NCBI RefSeq assembly: GCF_009914755.1 | Contig: NC_060933.1 | Direction: 5' to 3' (one strand) | Length of the DNA stretch: 64,000 bases | Source: the human T2T-CHM13v2.0 reference genome, Homo sapiens | Shown: in pieces, positions 12,368-26,678 of the stretch | How the letters are laid out: each line of letters starts with the position of its first letter | Numbering within the stretch: the stretch's first letter is position 1 | Position numbers and translations under genes: made by a program | The notes under the pieces: generated by a model | Databases searched by the model: none | The model's input: the letters and a program-made list of their open reading frames with translations, nothing else | Told to the model about the DNA's origin: nothing

Positions 12368-13394
12368 ATCACAGGCCAGACTGTCGGGTTGAGCCAACTC
12401 ACACTCCCTGGGTGCTTGGCACAGGTAGCACTAAATGTCATTGCTCTGCCAAATTCAACAGCAAGGGGCGCGGAGGCATGTGGGGAGCCCCTCCCTGTCA
12501 GGGACTGCTGTGTTGCACAACTCCAAAGAGGGCCAGCCACAGAGAAGGAAACATGAGCAGAGGCCCTCAGAGTTAGCAGTAAGGTATTCCTGCTCTTCTT
12601 ACAAAAACCCTGGGGGCAATATTTATCCACCCTATTTGCAGTCCATATGGTGGTCCTGCAGCTGCAGACTAGCCTAGTGGGGCTCGCACTCAGGGGCGGA
12701 GCTTACCCCAGAACCCACATGTCCATGAGCCCACTCTGTTCCTGCCTCCTCCTGGCAGAACCCCACCCCCTGCAGAGCCCCCACTCTGAGGACAGCGCCT
12801 CATGCCTTTTGCCTCCGGCCCTGCTCTAGCCCCGCAGCGGTCCCCAGCCCCGTTCCAGGCATGAACCAGGCCCAGGATCTGCTTAATTCAAGCCCCCAGG
12901 GAGCTGCGTCCCCACCTGTGCTCTCCAGCCACCGCAGCCTTTGTCAGGGAGCAAACGGTGCAGGCTGGCAGGCGGTGGTTTTGTTTTAAGACCAGCCAGC
13001 GCCCAGCTCCTCTGGAGCGCACTGAATAAATTTCCCTTTATTAGACACAGACTTTCCCATTACCGCGTCTTCCCCTCATTATTCCTGCATCAGCTCGGGC
13101 ATAATGGGCTCCAGCCCTCTCTGCAGTCAGGAGCCTGGTCCCTCAAGGATGCTGTCAGACACGGCGTCGGGCAGACACGGCGGCAATGGGCAGGCGCTGG
13201 GTGGGCACACCTGCTCTTCCTCACACATCAGCCCATGCACCCCCCACGAGGCTTGGGCCCCTCGAGCTTGGTTTACAGTGGAAAGAAAGAGATGGAGCTG
13301 CAGGGTGAGCTCTGCACAGTAGGGTAGGGGCAGGAAAGGAAACGGGAGCTGCTGGCTGACAAGGCCTTCTACACACTTCCGAGGGCCTGGCACG

Positions 13395-14522
13395 CTCACA
13401 TGCACACCCACACCCACGTGCACTCACACACACACACATGCACCTACTTATGGGCACACTCACCCGTACACACATGCTCACACACCCACATACACTCACA
13501 CACACACACTGACATGCACATATGTGCTCACACACCCACACACGCTCACATACACTCATACACACACTTGTATGCACACTCACCCACACACACGCTCACA
13601 CATCTACATGCGCTCACACACATGCACACACTCATGCACACTCACACACATGCTCACACCCACATACACACACACTCACACACCTATGCACGCTCACCCG
13701 TGCACACATGCTCACACCCACGTGCTCACACACTCACAGATACACACATGCACACTCATATACACATCCACATGCACATACATGCTCACACACATGTGCT
13801 CACACACAAACACATGCACACACACATGCTCACACACCCACATGCACTCACAGTCACACACATTCACACATGCACTCACACCCACACTCATCTTCACACG
13901 CATACACAGATACCCACACATGCTCACACATGCATAGTCAGGTATACTCACATACACACGTACATACACACATGTACACACATATGCACTCACACAATCA
14001 CATCCACGTTCACACTCTCACAAGCACACACATGCACACCCACATACATTCACACACGCACACAAAATACCTGCACTCACACATGCACTCACATACACAC
14101 ACATTCACAGATTCTCACACTGCTGAACAGTCACACACATTCACATACACACATGCTCACTCACATGCACACATGCACACTCACAGATGCACACTCACAC
14201 ACATTCACATGCACACACAAATGCATACCCACAGGCACACCCACACATTCACACACATCCACACCCATGCTCACACATGCACACTCACATGCATTCAATC
14301 ACACACACCATTGCACACACATTCACACACACCAATGCACACTCACACACCAATGCACACTCACACACGCACACATTCACACACCAATGCACACTCACAC
14401 ATTCACACACACCAATGCACACTCACACATTCACACACACCAATGCAACTCACACACATTCACACACCAATGCACACTCACATGCGCACACACACTCATG
14501 CACATTCACACACACACACATG
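13395..14522. repeat. Degenerate (CA)n-rich tract, ~1.1 kb
   Basis: Continuous CACA/CATG/CACT variants. Confidence 0.97.
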
Positions 14523-14760
14523 CCCTCTCTCTCCTGCAGAACCACCTCCTTCCCTAGACCACTTGGCCCTCGGGCTGGGTTCAAGACCCTCTACCATCCT
14601 TGTGCAGCCCCTGGTCCCCACCAGAGCCCCCTGTGTCCTAGAGGGCGATGTCCCGAGTTCTGGTGTGACTGGGCCTCTGACCTGCTCTGTGTCCTGGGCC
14701 TCAGTCTCCTCTACTGCCCTGTGGGATGGGGGTGAAGCCCAGGGTCTCCAGGCCTACCCT

Positions 14761-14828
14761 TGCTCCCACCAGGCTTCCTGTTGCCCATCACCCTGCACCA
14801 CTCTGCCTTCCTCACCAACCACCCATGC
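14761..14828 (+). repeat. Left arm of 68-bp dispersed inverted repeat
   Basis: Reverse complement of 15918-15985 at 67/68 positions. Confidence 0.95.
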
Positions 14829-15917
14829 CTGCCTCTTCCCATCAACCCAAATCTGGACCCACAAGGCTTCTGCATGGCTCTCTGGCTCAGCCTCTGCAAG
14901 GGTCGTGAGGCTGGGGTGCTATCCCAGCCCTGCTGCCCACCCGCTAGTGCCTCCTCCTCCCTGGGCCTGGGATCTGGACGTTGGTACCTCCTTTATTCTT
15001 TTTGAAGCTTCTCCAGTTTGAGGTCAGGATCCTGGGAACAGGCTGCATTTGGTGGGGAAGAATCTGCCTCAGCAGCTCTGCCCACAGCCAACAGAAGGGG
15101 CTTCAACCTGCAGGATCCAGCCAAGATCAGGGCAGGAAAGGGAGGCTGTGGGACCCACAGCCTCCCAGCCTCAAGCAGCCCATGGCCCACAGCCCCGAGC
15201 TGACCCCCACTGGCCCCTACTCGGCCCCAGAGCATCTGATGACGCCTAATGTTGCATCTGCACTGTCAGCTGAGCTTGTTGGTAGCCTGGCAAGGCTCAA
15301 GACCCCGAGAATCCACTGAGAGTCAGCCAGAGACACAGCAGGGCAGACATAAGACAAGAGGCGTATGGCCCTCTGCAGCCTCCTGGCTCAGGCTCTGGGA
15401 CCTCTGGGGCCCCCCAGGAGGGAAGTGGGAGCCACAACAGCTGCAGAGCCACCCTGCGTCCACCTGCCCTCTCAGGGCAATTTGCAGCCCACTTTCTCAC
15501 TCTGCAAAGAACGGAGCCTGGGCACCGCACCTGAGTGTCAGAGAATGGGCAACACAGCGTCCACCCTCAGAGGAGGAAAGGCCAAGGTGGGCTCTGCCCT
15601 AGGACCCCCTCTCCGCCTGTCCTCCTTCAGCCCCGCCCCTGTCCACTCAATCCCTCACCTGAATATCCCCCCGTCAGTGCTGACACCCCAGCAGGGCAGC
15701 CAGGGCGAGAGCAGCGTGCAGGCAGAGGGGTCGTAGCCCGTGCACCAGGGGCTCCCTCACCTCCCGTGGGGCAGGGGCTGCAGATGAGACAGGGAGGTCA
15801 GGAGAGGGGCAATTAAGCGGAGACCCCAGTGACAGGGAAGAGCAAACCATGAGGGTAGTAGGGGCACGGCATGTCGACCAAGAGCCCAGCTGTGCAAAGG
15901 CCCTGAGGCAGCCGTGA

Positions 15918-15985
15918 GCATGGGTGGTTGGTGAGGAAGGCAGAGTGATGCAGGGTGATGGGCAACAGGAAGCCTGGTGGGAGCA
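15918..15985 (-). repeat. Right arm of 68-bp dispersed inverted repeat
   Basis: Reverse complement of 14761-14828 at 67/68 positions. Confidence 0.95.
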
Positions 15986-16828
15986 CGTGTGCAGGGGTCC
16001 ATCCAGGAGTCCAATGTCATGCTCACAGCAGTCTGGAGGGCCCCAGCCCCACTATCGAAGGAGGTCACCCGCTAACTTCTCCCAAGACAGGGAGCTGAGC
16101 AGTCAGCACTTGTCTTGCCTGACCTTTTAGAATTCTTCTTAATAAAGAAGACGGGGTAGCAACCAGCACATCGAAAGGAAAGTCCTTTTCCTTCTCCCAG
16201 CTGTGGGGTCAGCCAGGGGAGGGAGGGAAGACGCCTTTGAAGCGGGCAGGCCCACTCTGAAAAGGAGCCAGAGAGCAGAGGAGGTGCTTTCCCTTTTCTT
16301 TCCTGGGAGAAAGTGCACCTGTCATCTCCTTGTGCAATTCTGAAGATCATCAACCTTCACCCTCGGGACCGACAAATTCTTTATAGGACAGAGTGGGTGG
16401 GAAGACAGGGTGCGTGGGGAGGGTGGGCAGATAGGGAACAGCTCAGAAAGGAACTGAGCCTTGCTCCTCTCCTCAGGGCAGGGAGGACAGCCAGGGACGC
16501 AGGGATCCATCGTGGCCGAGCAATAGTGACTCAGCTGTCAGGGGCTCCAGGCTGGGGTCCTGCCCTGGCACACTGTGGGGGACCTAAAATCACGAGCCTG
16601 GGCTTTGCTCTCACCTGCAGGAGGCCGGCCGGGTCCCCGTGTTTCAGGTGGGGCTCCTGCAGCATCAAGCGCTCATGGGGCCACCTCCGGGACCTGCCTC
16701 CGATGGCCACCAGGTAGCGTGGCCAAAAGTAAGAGCAAACCCCACTGTGCAACTGGACACTGTTTCTAGCCAGTCAGCTGTTTGGTGTCATCCTCCAATA
16801 CAAAGTTCAGGAAAAAGCACCCACGGGC

Positions 16829-16909
16829 CTGGATTCCATACCAGCCTGCTGGGTGCTGGACTCCACACCGGCCTGATGGATGCTGGACTCCACACTGGCC
16901 TGCTGGATG
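16829..16909. repeat. 27-bp tandem repeat x3
   Basis: CTGGATTCCATACCAGCCTGCTGGGTG / CTGGACTCCACACCGGCCTGATGGATG / CTGGACTCCACACTGGCCTGCTGGATG. Confidence 0.9.
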
Positions 16910-19900
16910 GCGCAGGCAGCCCGCCTCCTCTGCCACAGGTGCCCCCACCAGCTGGGGCTCTGCTCTGCTGCTCCAGAGTGAGAGGAAAAGCCCAAGGACC
17001 CCTAGGGTCTACCAAGCCAGAGGAGCGACGAGCTCCAGGCAGGTCTTGGGTGGCCTCAGTTTCCCCGTGAGCCCTTGCAGGAGCCAATGCCACTTTGGAT
17101 ATGACAGCAGCCACTCTGCCCTGGGAGGAGCAGGATGTCCTGACTACAGACACACGCAGGGGCACAGGCATGATGAGAAGCCCCATGTGGAGCCTCTGGC
17201 CCCATTCCCTGCGGGAGGAGGGGCCTGGGGCCATAGCTGCTGTTGAAAGAGGACAGACCGTGTGGGCGCCCCGCTGCCTCTAAACCCTCAAGAGTCTGCA
17301 CGCTGGCATTCCTGACTCCAGATGGGCAAGCGAGGGCAGACAGGGCAGGTGGGAGGCCCCAGGTCCCAAGGAGGGAGAGGCAGACCCAGGTCTGCATCCC
17401 AGGAGCACCGTCCCTCCACCTGTCTCCATGTTGAGGTTAAGTTGGGCAAAGTGAGTGAGCATCAAGCTGTCACTGCTCTCTTTCCCTCTGCCAGCCCCTC
17501 TCCAGAGTCGTGTCTGGTCCCTTTGTCCTTTCCTGTCCTCAGTTCCCTTGGGAGATGGAGACCCCTCCTGGCTGTTGTGAACTGACATTTGACCTGGGGC
17601 CGCCTCCCTCCCACCGTGCGCACACCCTGGTCTTGCAGCCACCTTGCTTCCTCCCAGCTGCACAGCTCACGTCCACCCCAGGACTGCTCTCTGCTAATAT
17701 GCTGTCCCTGATACTCTCAGGGTTTCTTCTCTCAGGTCATCTAGGTCTCTGCTTCCCCGCGCCTCTCAGAGTCAATCAAGTGGTTTCCCTTGTGTAAACC
17801 AGGAGCAGGCAGTGGGAATGTTCACCAGGGCCTCCTGGCCACCAGCTGGGAGGAAGGCACTGGAAGTGAACGCATGCCCCTGCGTGGATGCCCATGGCCC
17901 GGCCCAACTCCAGGCATTTTTTTCCCCCAGGAATCCCAGGATGGGACCTGAGGCGGGTGGAGCACTCTCTGGGCTTTCAAAGATGCACCACGACTCAGCT
18001 TCTGCCGTATTCTCCCCTGCCACGCAGCCACCAAGGGGCATCTTCCTTGCAGACCATCCATGTCACTGTGAGCAGGTGACATGCATAAGTCACCCTGAGA
18101 CCCCACAGGCCCCTGGAGCGGGTGCCCGGGGAGACACAATGAGATAAGCTGCAGCTTTGCTCATCCAGATGCTCTCCCTGCCTGGAGAAGTGTGAAGGGT
18201 CTGCACTGCCTGAGTGGTGCCATGCTTCAGGGGAAGAGAAGGTGCAGACCAGCAAGGCCGTCTCACCTTAACTGTTCACTCCACAGGTGTGTGCCGCCAG
18301 ACCCCTCTGCGCAGGGGCTACACTCAGAGGTCCCAAGCCCTGTCCTTAGGGGACTCACCATCTGCGAAGGACAGACCATGGGACAGGAGCTCCGTGTGTC
18401 ACACATCAGTGGGACTCATCCCTCCCCAGCGTGACAGCCACCCATCGGTGTGCAAGGCCCCAGCCACTCCTAATGCACTGGCTGGAAAATGCCCCTCCTA
18501 CCCCACCCCACAAAGCATTTGGGGTGACAAGCAACAGAGACTGAAGCTATTGGAGGGGTCACCGCCAATCTGCTGGGGGTTCCTCATGAAAATGTACAGG
18601 TTTTAATTGAGATGATGGGCTGAGAAAATGCATGTGCTTTTCTTCCCTCCCAAAATTCCATCAGAGAGAAACTGATTTCGAAACAATAAATCTGAACTTT
18701 CTTACACTTCCGGCCATGATAGAATAACAGAGACAGGATTAATGCTCTTGCCTTAAGCAACTAAAGCAAGCAGGGAAATATATGAAGCAGTGGTTTTCAG
18801 ACAATTTATGCAACATGCAGCACACAACAGTGATCCCAGAGAGCAGGCAGCAGACGGGTGAGCCCTGCAGGAGCCCCCCTCATGCCTAGAGAGAGTTTTC
18901 AGATGAGCCCCGGTCCTGCTGCCTGGAGGAGCCACAGCCCAGGGTTCAGGGACTCTGAGGTGCGGGCATTCATAGTGCTGGGTGCTGGAGAGGAGGAAGC
19001 TTTCCTGAGAGTGAGCTCCAGAGGCTGCAGAGAGGCCCTGGGAGCCACTGGCTGTGCATGTCCCTGAGCAGGCTGCAGGGGCCAGGGAGAGACCACACCG
19101 AGTAGCAGACAGAACCATCCCCAGAGCTCGCATGGGAGATTGGGAACCGCTCATGTCCCCTGCAGGCAGAGTGGAGAGACGTCCCGGCACAGCAGACACT
19201 GGGAGAGGGACTCAACAGGGTGCCCACCTCAGGAGTGGGCTCAAATTAGCCCCAGACCAAAAGATCATTCTGGACATCACTAAAAAGAAAACTTCAAATA
19301 GATCAAGCTGATTCCAATGTTACTGTGTCCCAGGATACAGCCCCGAAATACTTTTCAAGATACAAAAATATTCAGCCCCAAACAATGTAAAATTAATAAT
19401 CTCTGGTATCCAAAAATGACCAGGCTTGCAAAGAAGCAAAATATGCAATCATAATTACAGAAAAATAAATCAATAGAAACAGACCCAGAAATACCACAGA
19501 ATTTTCAGATGAGGACATTAAAAACACCATTATTAGTACATTTCATATTCAAGAAAATAGAGGAAAGTGTGAGTGTGATCAGGAGAGAAATTAAAAATAT
19601 AAAAAAGATCCAAATAAAACTTCTAGGGATTAAAATCAACATTTGAAATGAAAAAATACTAAATGAGGTTTAACACAGACATTATAGGACAGAAGATTAA
19701 TGAATTTGAAGATATAGTAATAAAAACTATTCTAAATAAAACACAGAGAAAAATATTGAAAAAAAATGAACCAATCATCATAAATTCTGGGACAACATGA
19801 AGAGTCCTAGCATCTGGAATTGGAGCCCAAAACAAAGGCAGGGGTTGGGATGGGCACGGAAATCATATTTGAAGAAACAAAGATAAAAATTTTTCCAGGT

Positions 19901-21817
19901 TCGATACAAACTATAAACACACAAATCCAAGAAGCTCAATAAAACCCAAAGAGAAGAAACGTGAGAATACCACACCACAGAGCTGAAAACCAGCCAATGG
20001 CTGAAAACTCATGATAAAGAGGAAATATTAAAGCAGCCAGGGGGAAAGGATATTACACACAGAAGATCAAAGAAAGAGTGAAATTTGATTTCTTATAAGA
20101 AACAACGCAGGCCCGAAGACAACAGAGGAACAAGTTTAAAGCACTGGGATTTTAAAAGCTGTCAACACAAGAGTTGTAGAAATAGATGCCCAGTAAAATA
20201 CATTTCCATAATGTAAGTGAAGTAAAGCTGTGTTCAGACATACAAAAGCGGGGGGAACCCACCATGACAGCAACACTGTGAGCAGTGTTAAAGGACATAT
20301 TTCAGGCGGAAGAACATGATACCAGATACAAATTTAGAACTTGACAAAGAAAGGAATGTGGCCGGAAATAATAAATATATAGGTAAATAAGTAAGTGATG
20401 ATATGTATCATCTTAAAATTTATTGAAAATAATTGTCTAAAACAAAGTAAATACAAAGTATTGTGGGACTTCTCATATGTGTTCAGATAAAATGCATGGC
20501 AACAACCCTATAAAGAATGAGAACAAGGAAACTTACACTATACATGGAGTAAACTTTCACTACACATGAAGTGGTGTGACATTTTTAGCTAGAATGTGAT
20601 ACGTTAAAGATGTTTATTGTAAACCTCAGAGCAACCACAAAAAAAACACCCAATAATAGAGAGCAAATGGAGTCTCTATTCAATTAAGTCTGTATTCAAT
20701 TAATCCAGAAGATTAAAAAGAACAGATGAGACAAACAGAAAACAAATAGCAAGATGATAGATTTAAACACAATCATATTTATATTCATATTAAATGTAAA
20801 TAATCTAAACATTTCAATTAAAAGGTATAAGATGGTCAGATTCAACAAAAACAAGTGAGATTCAACCATGTGCTATTATAAGAAACACACCCTAAATTTA
20901 AGACACAAAGATGTTAGAAGTTAAAAGATGCAATATGATATACCCATGAAAATTCTAATAAAAGAAAAGCTGGAGTGCCTCTTTTTAACATCGGACACAA
21001 TGTATTCCATAGCAAAATATCTTATCAGGGATAAAGAGGGTTATTTTATAGTGATAAAGGGGCCAACTCCTCAAGAGGACATAACAATCTGAAAGGTGTA
21101 TGCATTTAATAAGCGATCTCCAAGGTACATGAAGCAAAAGCTGGTAGAACCAAAGGGAGAAATAGACAAATCCACAGTATAGTTGGAGATTTCAACACAC
21201 TTTCTAAATAATTGATAGAATAAGTAGACAGAAAGTCATTTAAGACATAGAAGACTTGAGCAACATTATCAACCAACTCAACCTACTTGACATTTCTGGA
21301 ACATTTGACCCAGCAAGAGTAGAATACACATTTTTTTACAAGCACACAAAGGAAGTCCACCAAACTGTATTCTATTCCATAGAAAAAGCCTCAATGCTTT
21401 AAAAAGATTGAAGTCATAAAAATGTGTTTTGACCACAACAGATTTAAATTAGGAATCATTAAGAGAAGGTATTTGGAAAATTCTCAAATATTTGGAAATT
21501 AAACAACACATTTCTAGATGGGAAAAGGAAGAAATTGCAAGAGAAATTAGAAAATACTTTCAGTTAAATGGAAATTAAAAATGCAACATATCAAAAGGCT
21601 TGGAAAGTCCCAGACTGCCAAAGTTCACTCAAGAAGACTTAGAGAATGATATATATCAAACAAATTGAATTTGTAATTAAAATTATCTCCACACATACAC
21701 ACAAACCCTCAATGATCAGATAGTTCCACTGGTGAATTCTATCAGATTAACACCAATTCCACACCAATTCATCCAGAAAACAGAACAGGAGGGAGAATTT
21801 CCCACCTTATTCTATGA

Positions 21818-21928
<111 letters not shown>

Positions 21929-22461
21929 TGAAACTCACAATATATAAAAAGGATAATACACACCATGACCAAGGTTTTATCCAGGAATGCAAGGTTGGTT
22001 TAACATTTGCAAATCAATCAATGTAATTTATCATATTAACAACAACAAAAAATGAGCATCTCCATAGATGCAGAAAAATCTTTTGACAAAAATCTAACAT
22101 CTACTCATGATTAAAATTATTAGCCAACTAGGAATAGAAGGTGGTTCCCTCAACCTGATAAAGGACATCTATGAAAAGCATACAGCTGACATCATACTTA
22201 ATGGTGAAGGACTGCTTTGGCCCAAAGATTGAGAATGAAGCAAGAGTGTCCATTCTCATCCCTTTCATTCAACATTGTATTGGAGGTCCTAACCAGTGCA
22301 AGAAGGCAGGAACAAGAAATAAAAGGTACACAGATTAGAAAGGAAAAAGTAGAATTGTCTCTAACCACAGACAGCAACAGGATTGTCTAGGTAGAAAACC
22401 CTAAGGATTATTTTGAAAGCTACTATCTCTAATAAGTGAATTTAACCATTTCCCAGGACAC

Positions 22462-22840
22462 AAGTTTGCCAGGGCTGCCTCAACAAAGGGCTGCAAGCTG
22501 GGCAGCTTAAACAAGATAAATTCATTTTCTCATGGTCCTGGAGACTTAAAGTCCAAGATCAAAGTGTCAGTGTGCTTGCTGTCATTTGAGGCTCTCTCCT
22601 TGGCTTGTAGCTGGCCATATTCTTCTTGTGTTTTCACATGGTCTTCTCTCTGTACCTGCGTGTCCACATTTTCTCTTACCATAAGAACAACAGCAATGCT
22701 GAATTAGGACCGACCGTAATGACTTCATTTTAACTTCATTACCTCCTTAAAGCCCCTATCTTTACAATCATATTCTGAAGATCTGGGGGTTAGGACTTCA
22801 ATATATAAATTTTGGAGGAGCCACAATTCAGTCCATAACA
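22462..22840 (-). mobile_element. MLT1B-like MaLR LTR inserted in L1 ORF2
   Basis: Minus strand begins TGTTATGGACTGAATTGTGGCTCCTCCAAAATTTATATATTGAAGTCCTAACCCCCA; L1 sequence resumes GTCAATAGATAAAAATCAATTG. Confidence 0.88.
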
Positions 22841-23005
22841 GTCAATAGATAAAAATCAATTGTATTTCTATATGCTAGAAACAAATCATCAGAAATTACA
22901 TTTTTTTAAAGTACCATTTAAAAGAACATCAGTGAAATAGTTGGGAATAAATTAAAATATGTTCAATTCTTATATACTGAAAGTGATAAAAAAGCTGAAA
23001 GATAT

Positions 23006-23155
23006 TAGATAGATGATAGATAGATAATAGATAGATAGATGATAGATAGATAATAGATAGATGATAGATGATAGATAGATAAATAGATAGATGATAGATA
23101 GATAGATAATAGATAGATAGATAGATAGATAGATACACAGATACATAGATAGATA
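23006..23155. repeat. Complex (GATA)n microsatellite
   Basis: TAGA/GATA arrays with GAT and AAT interruptions. Confidence 0.97.
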
Positions 23156-24055
23156 TCCCATGGTCATAAATTAGAAGACTCAATGTTGTTAAGATATCAG
23201 TTTTTCCCTAATTGATATATACATTCAGTGCAATTCCAATCAAAATCCTGATAGACTTTTTCACAGGATTTGACAAACATATTCTAAAATTTATTTGGAA
23301 AAGCAAAGGACCTGGAATAGCAAAAACAATTTTAGGGGAAAAAATCAAAGATAGAGGACTTACATAACCTAACTTCAAGACTTATTACATTACAGTACTC
23401 AAGACAGTGAGTAACCAGTACAAAGATAGACATGGATTAATGGGACAGAACAGGAACCTCAGACATAGACCCAAACAGATATGGCCACTGATTTTAGAAA
23501 AAGATGCAGTAAATCCAATGGCAAAACCTTTTCAGCAAATGGCATGGAGACAGTAGGAGCTTGCATGAAGAAAATAATTCGATCCCTACCTCAAGCTGTT
23601 CACAAAAAAGCAGAAGAATTAAAGAGTTCAGTATTTTAATAGACTACAAAAGTTTTGGAGGAAAATAAAGAAGCACATTTTCATATTCTTTGGGAGAGGG
23701 AAACGTGAAGTAAACTGAAACCCGAAAGCCACGAAGAAAATGACTGACGTCTTTTACTCATAAAACTGTTCTTATAGCTTCTGTTTGACCAAAGGCACTA
23801 TTTCTAAAATTCAAAAGACAAGTAATAGACTGGGAGAATATATCTGCAACCCTTAAAATAAACAAAGGATTCTTATCATTCATAGAAAATATGAAGAGCC
23901 CTTGCAAGCAAAGAAAAAAATTATGACAAACCCAACAGAAAAATAACCAGAGGTCATAGCAAGCAACTGAGGGTGTAGGGGGCATGCAATTAGAATAATT
24001 CAAATAAATTCAAATTAAAGTAGTGAGATAATATTTTGTCTCCAAATTTTCAATA

Positions 24056-24345
24056 TTTTTTTTTTGAGACAGTGTCTTGCTCTGTTGCCCAGGTTGGAGT
24101 GCAGTAGCATGGTCTTGGTTCACTGCAGCCTCCACCTCCTGGTCTCAAGTGATTCTCCCACCTCAGCCTCCTGAGTAGCTGGGACTACAGGTCCGCACCA
24201 CCACACCTGGCTAATTTTTTATTTTTTGTAGAGATGGGGCTTAGCTCTGTTGCCCAGGATGGACTTGAACTTCTGAGCTAAGCAATCCACCTGCCTGGGA
24301 CTCCCAAAGTGCTGGGATTACAGGCGTGAGTCACTGCACCCAGCC
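24056..24345 (-). mobile_element. AluJ
   Basis: Poly-T, then reverse-complement Alu with J-type CACTGCAGCCTC and heavy CpG decay. Confidence 0.93.
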
Positions 24346-24569
24346 AACAAAAATTTTAAGTAGTGAAAAACATCCAGTCCTGGCTCCGGGATGGAGAAGC
24401 AACCAACCAGGGTTGCCCCACACGATGGAAGTGTCAACGTGCAAAGCGTATTTATTGGACAACTTCACGGTGTCAATAGAAATGGACAGTGAGCACACCC
24501 TTCAGTGGGGCAAATTCATGTCTAGGACTCTAGTCTATAGCAGCAGCCGGCCAGGTGCACAAAGATGAG

Positions 24570-24866
24570 TGCATTCGTCTCCCATTGCCACTGTAACAAA
24601 TCTCCACAAACTGAATGGCTTTAAAAAGAACAAATTTATTCTCTTACAGCTCTGAAGATCAGAAGTCTAAAATCACAGTGCTGGCAGGTCTTACAAGAAC
24701 GCTTTCAAGGGCCCACCAGTTGATCCAGGATGGTCTTCTATCTCAGGGTCTGTACCCCTAATTGCATTTACCAAGTCCCTTTCACCATGCAAGGTGACAT
24801 AGTCACAGGTTCTGGGGATGAGGGTGTGGACAGCTTTGGGAGTGTGGAGGCAGGATCCTCTACTAC
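24570..24866 (-). mobile_element. MLT1D-like LTR, internally deleted
   Basis: CTGTAACAAAT..CACAAACT..TTTATTCTCTTACAGCTCTGAAGATCAGAAGTC..GGTGACATAGTCACAGGTTCTGGGGATGAGGGTGTGGACA. Confidence 0.82.
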
Positions 24867-24993
24867 AATGGTGATCCAAGCATGTTATTTGCAGCATTAT
24901 TTGAAAAAGCAAAAAACTAGATGAACCACATGCCCATCAATAAGGGAACAAGTCCATAAAAATACAAAAGCTGCTTCACATTAAGAAGAATGA

Positions 24994-25289
24994 GGCCGGT
25001 GCTGTGGCTCATGCCTATAATCCCAGCACGTTGGGAGGCTGAAGCAGGCAGATCCCTTGAGCCCAGGAGTTCGAGACGAGCCTGGGAAACATGGTGAAAC
25101 ACGTCTCTACTAAAAATACAAAAACTAGCCAGGCATGGTGATGCGTGCCTGTAGTCCCGGCTACACAGGAAGCTGAAGCAGGAGGATCACTTGAGCCTGG
25201 GAGGTTGAGGCTGCAGTGAGCTGTGCACTGCACTCCAGCCTGGGTGACAGAGGGAGACCCTGTGTCAAAAAAAAAATAAAAATAAAAGG
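24994..25289 (+). mobile_element. AluJ (Jb-like), 11-bp TSD
   Basis: TTGAGCCCAGGAGTTCG and GAGGATCACTTGAGCCTGGGAGGTTGAGGCTGCAG diagnostics; TSD AAGAAGAATGA at 24983-24993 and 25290-25300. Confidence 0.94.
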
Positions 25290-25840
25290 AAGAAGAATGA
25301 ATGGAACTTACCAATCACACTGACATGCAGAGACTTCTGAGCCCCATTGATGAGGCTGGGCTGTGCTGAATCTGATCCCACTCGACTGAAATAATCTTGA
25401 TGATGATGATGCTGATGCTGATGCTGCTGCGTATGACATGCTTACCAGTGGCTAACGTGGAGCAAGTCACAAAGCAAAGAGACGTCCAAATTTTATTCTA
25501 TAGACATTTGCTTGAATATTTCAGAATAAAAATGTGTGCGTTCACTGCTTGTGTAATAATATTAAAGGTAAATGAAGTATATTGTTTGCCCTCTGCAGTG
25601 CCAAGCTTTTCCCCAGTTTCCTGAGGATGGGATTCTTGTCCCCACTCCATAGACAAGGGCCTGAGACTAGAGGGGACTCACATGGTGGATGGCAGAACTG
25701 GCTTCTACCCAGATCTCCAGCTCCACGGCCTGCAGCTGTGGCCGCTGGGCCCCCCACCACCTGCTGATTATTTTGGAGCCCTCCCCAGGACTGCAACCCA
25801 TTACGTGTTTCACGCTTCCTCCCAGCTTCCCAGGACACAA

Positions 25841-26678
<838 letters not shown>

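Noticed and set aside
13400-15021. Long His/Thr-rich ORFs (385 and 499 aa)
   Set aside because: They are translations of a CA-rich microsatellite that lacks stop codons; no splice or codon evidence
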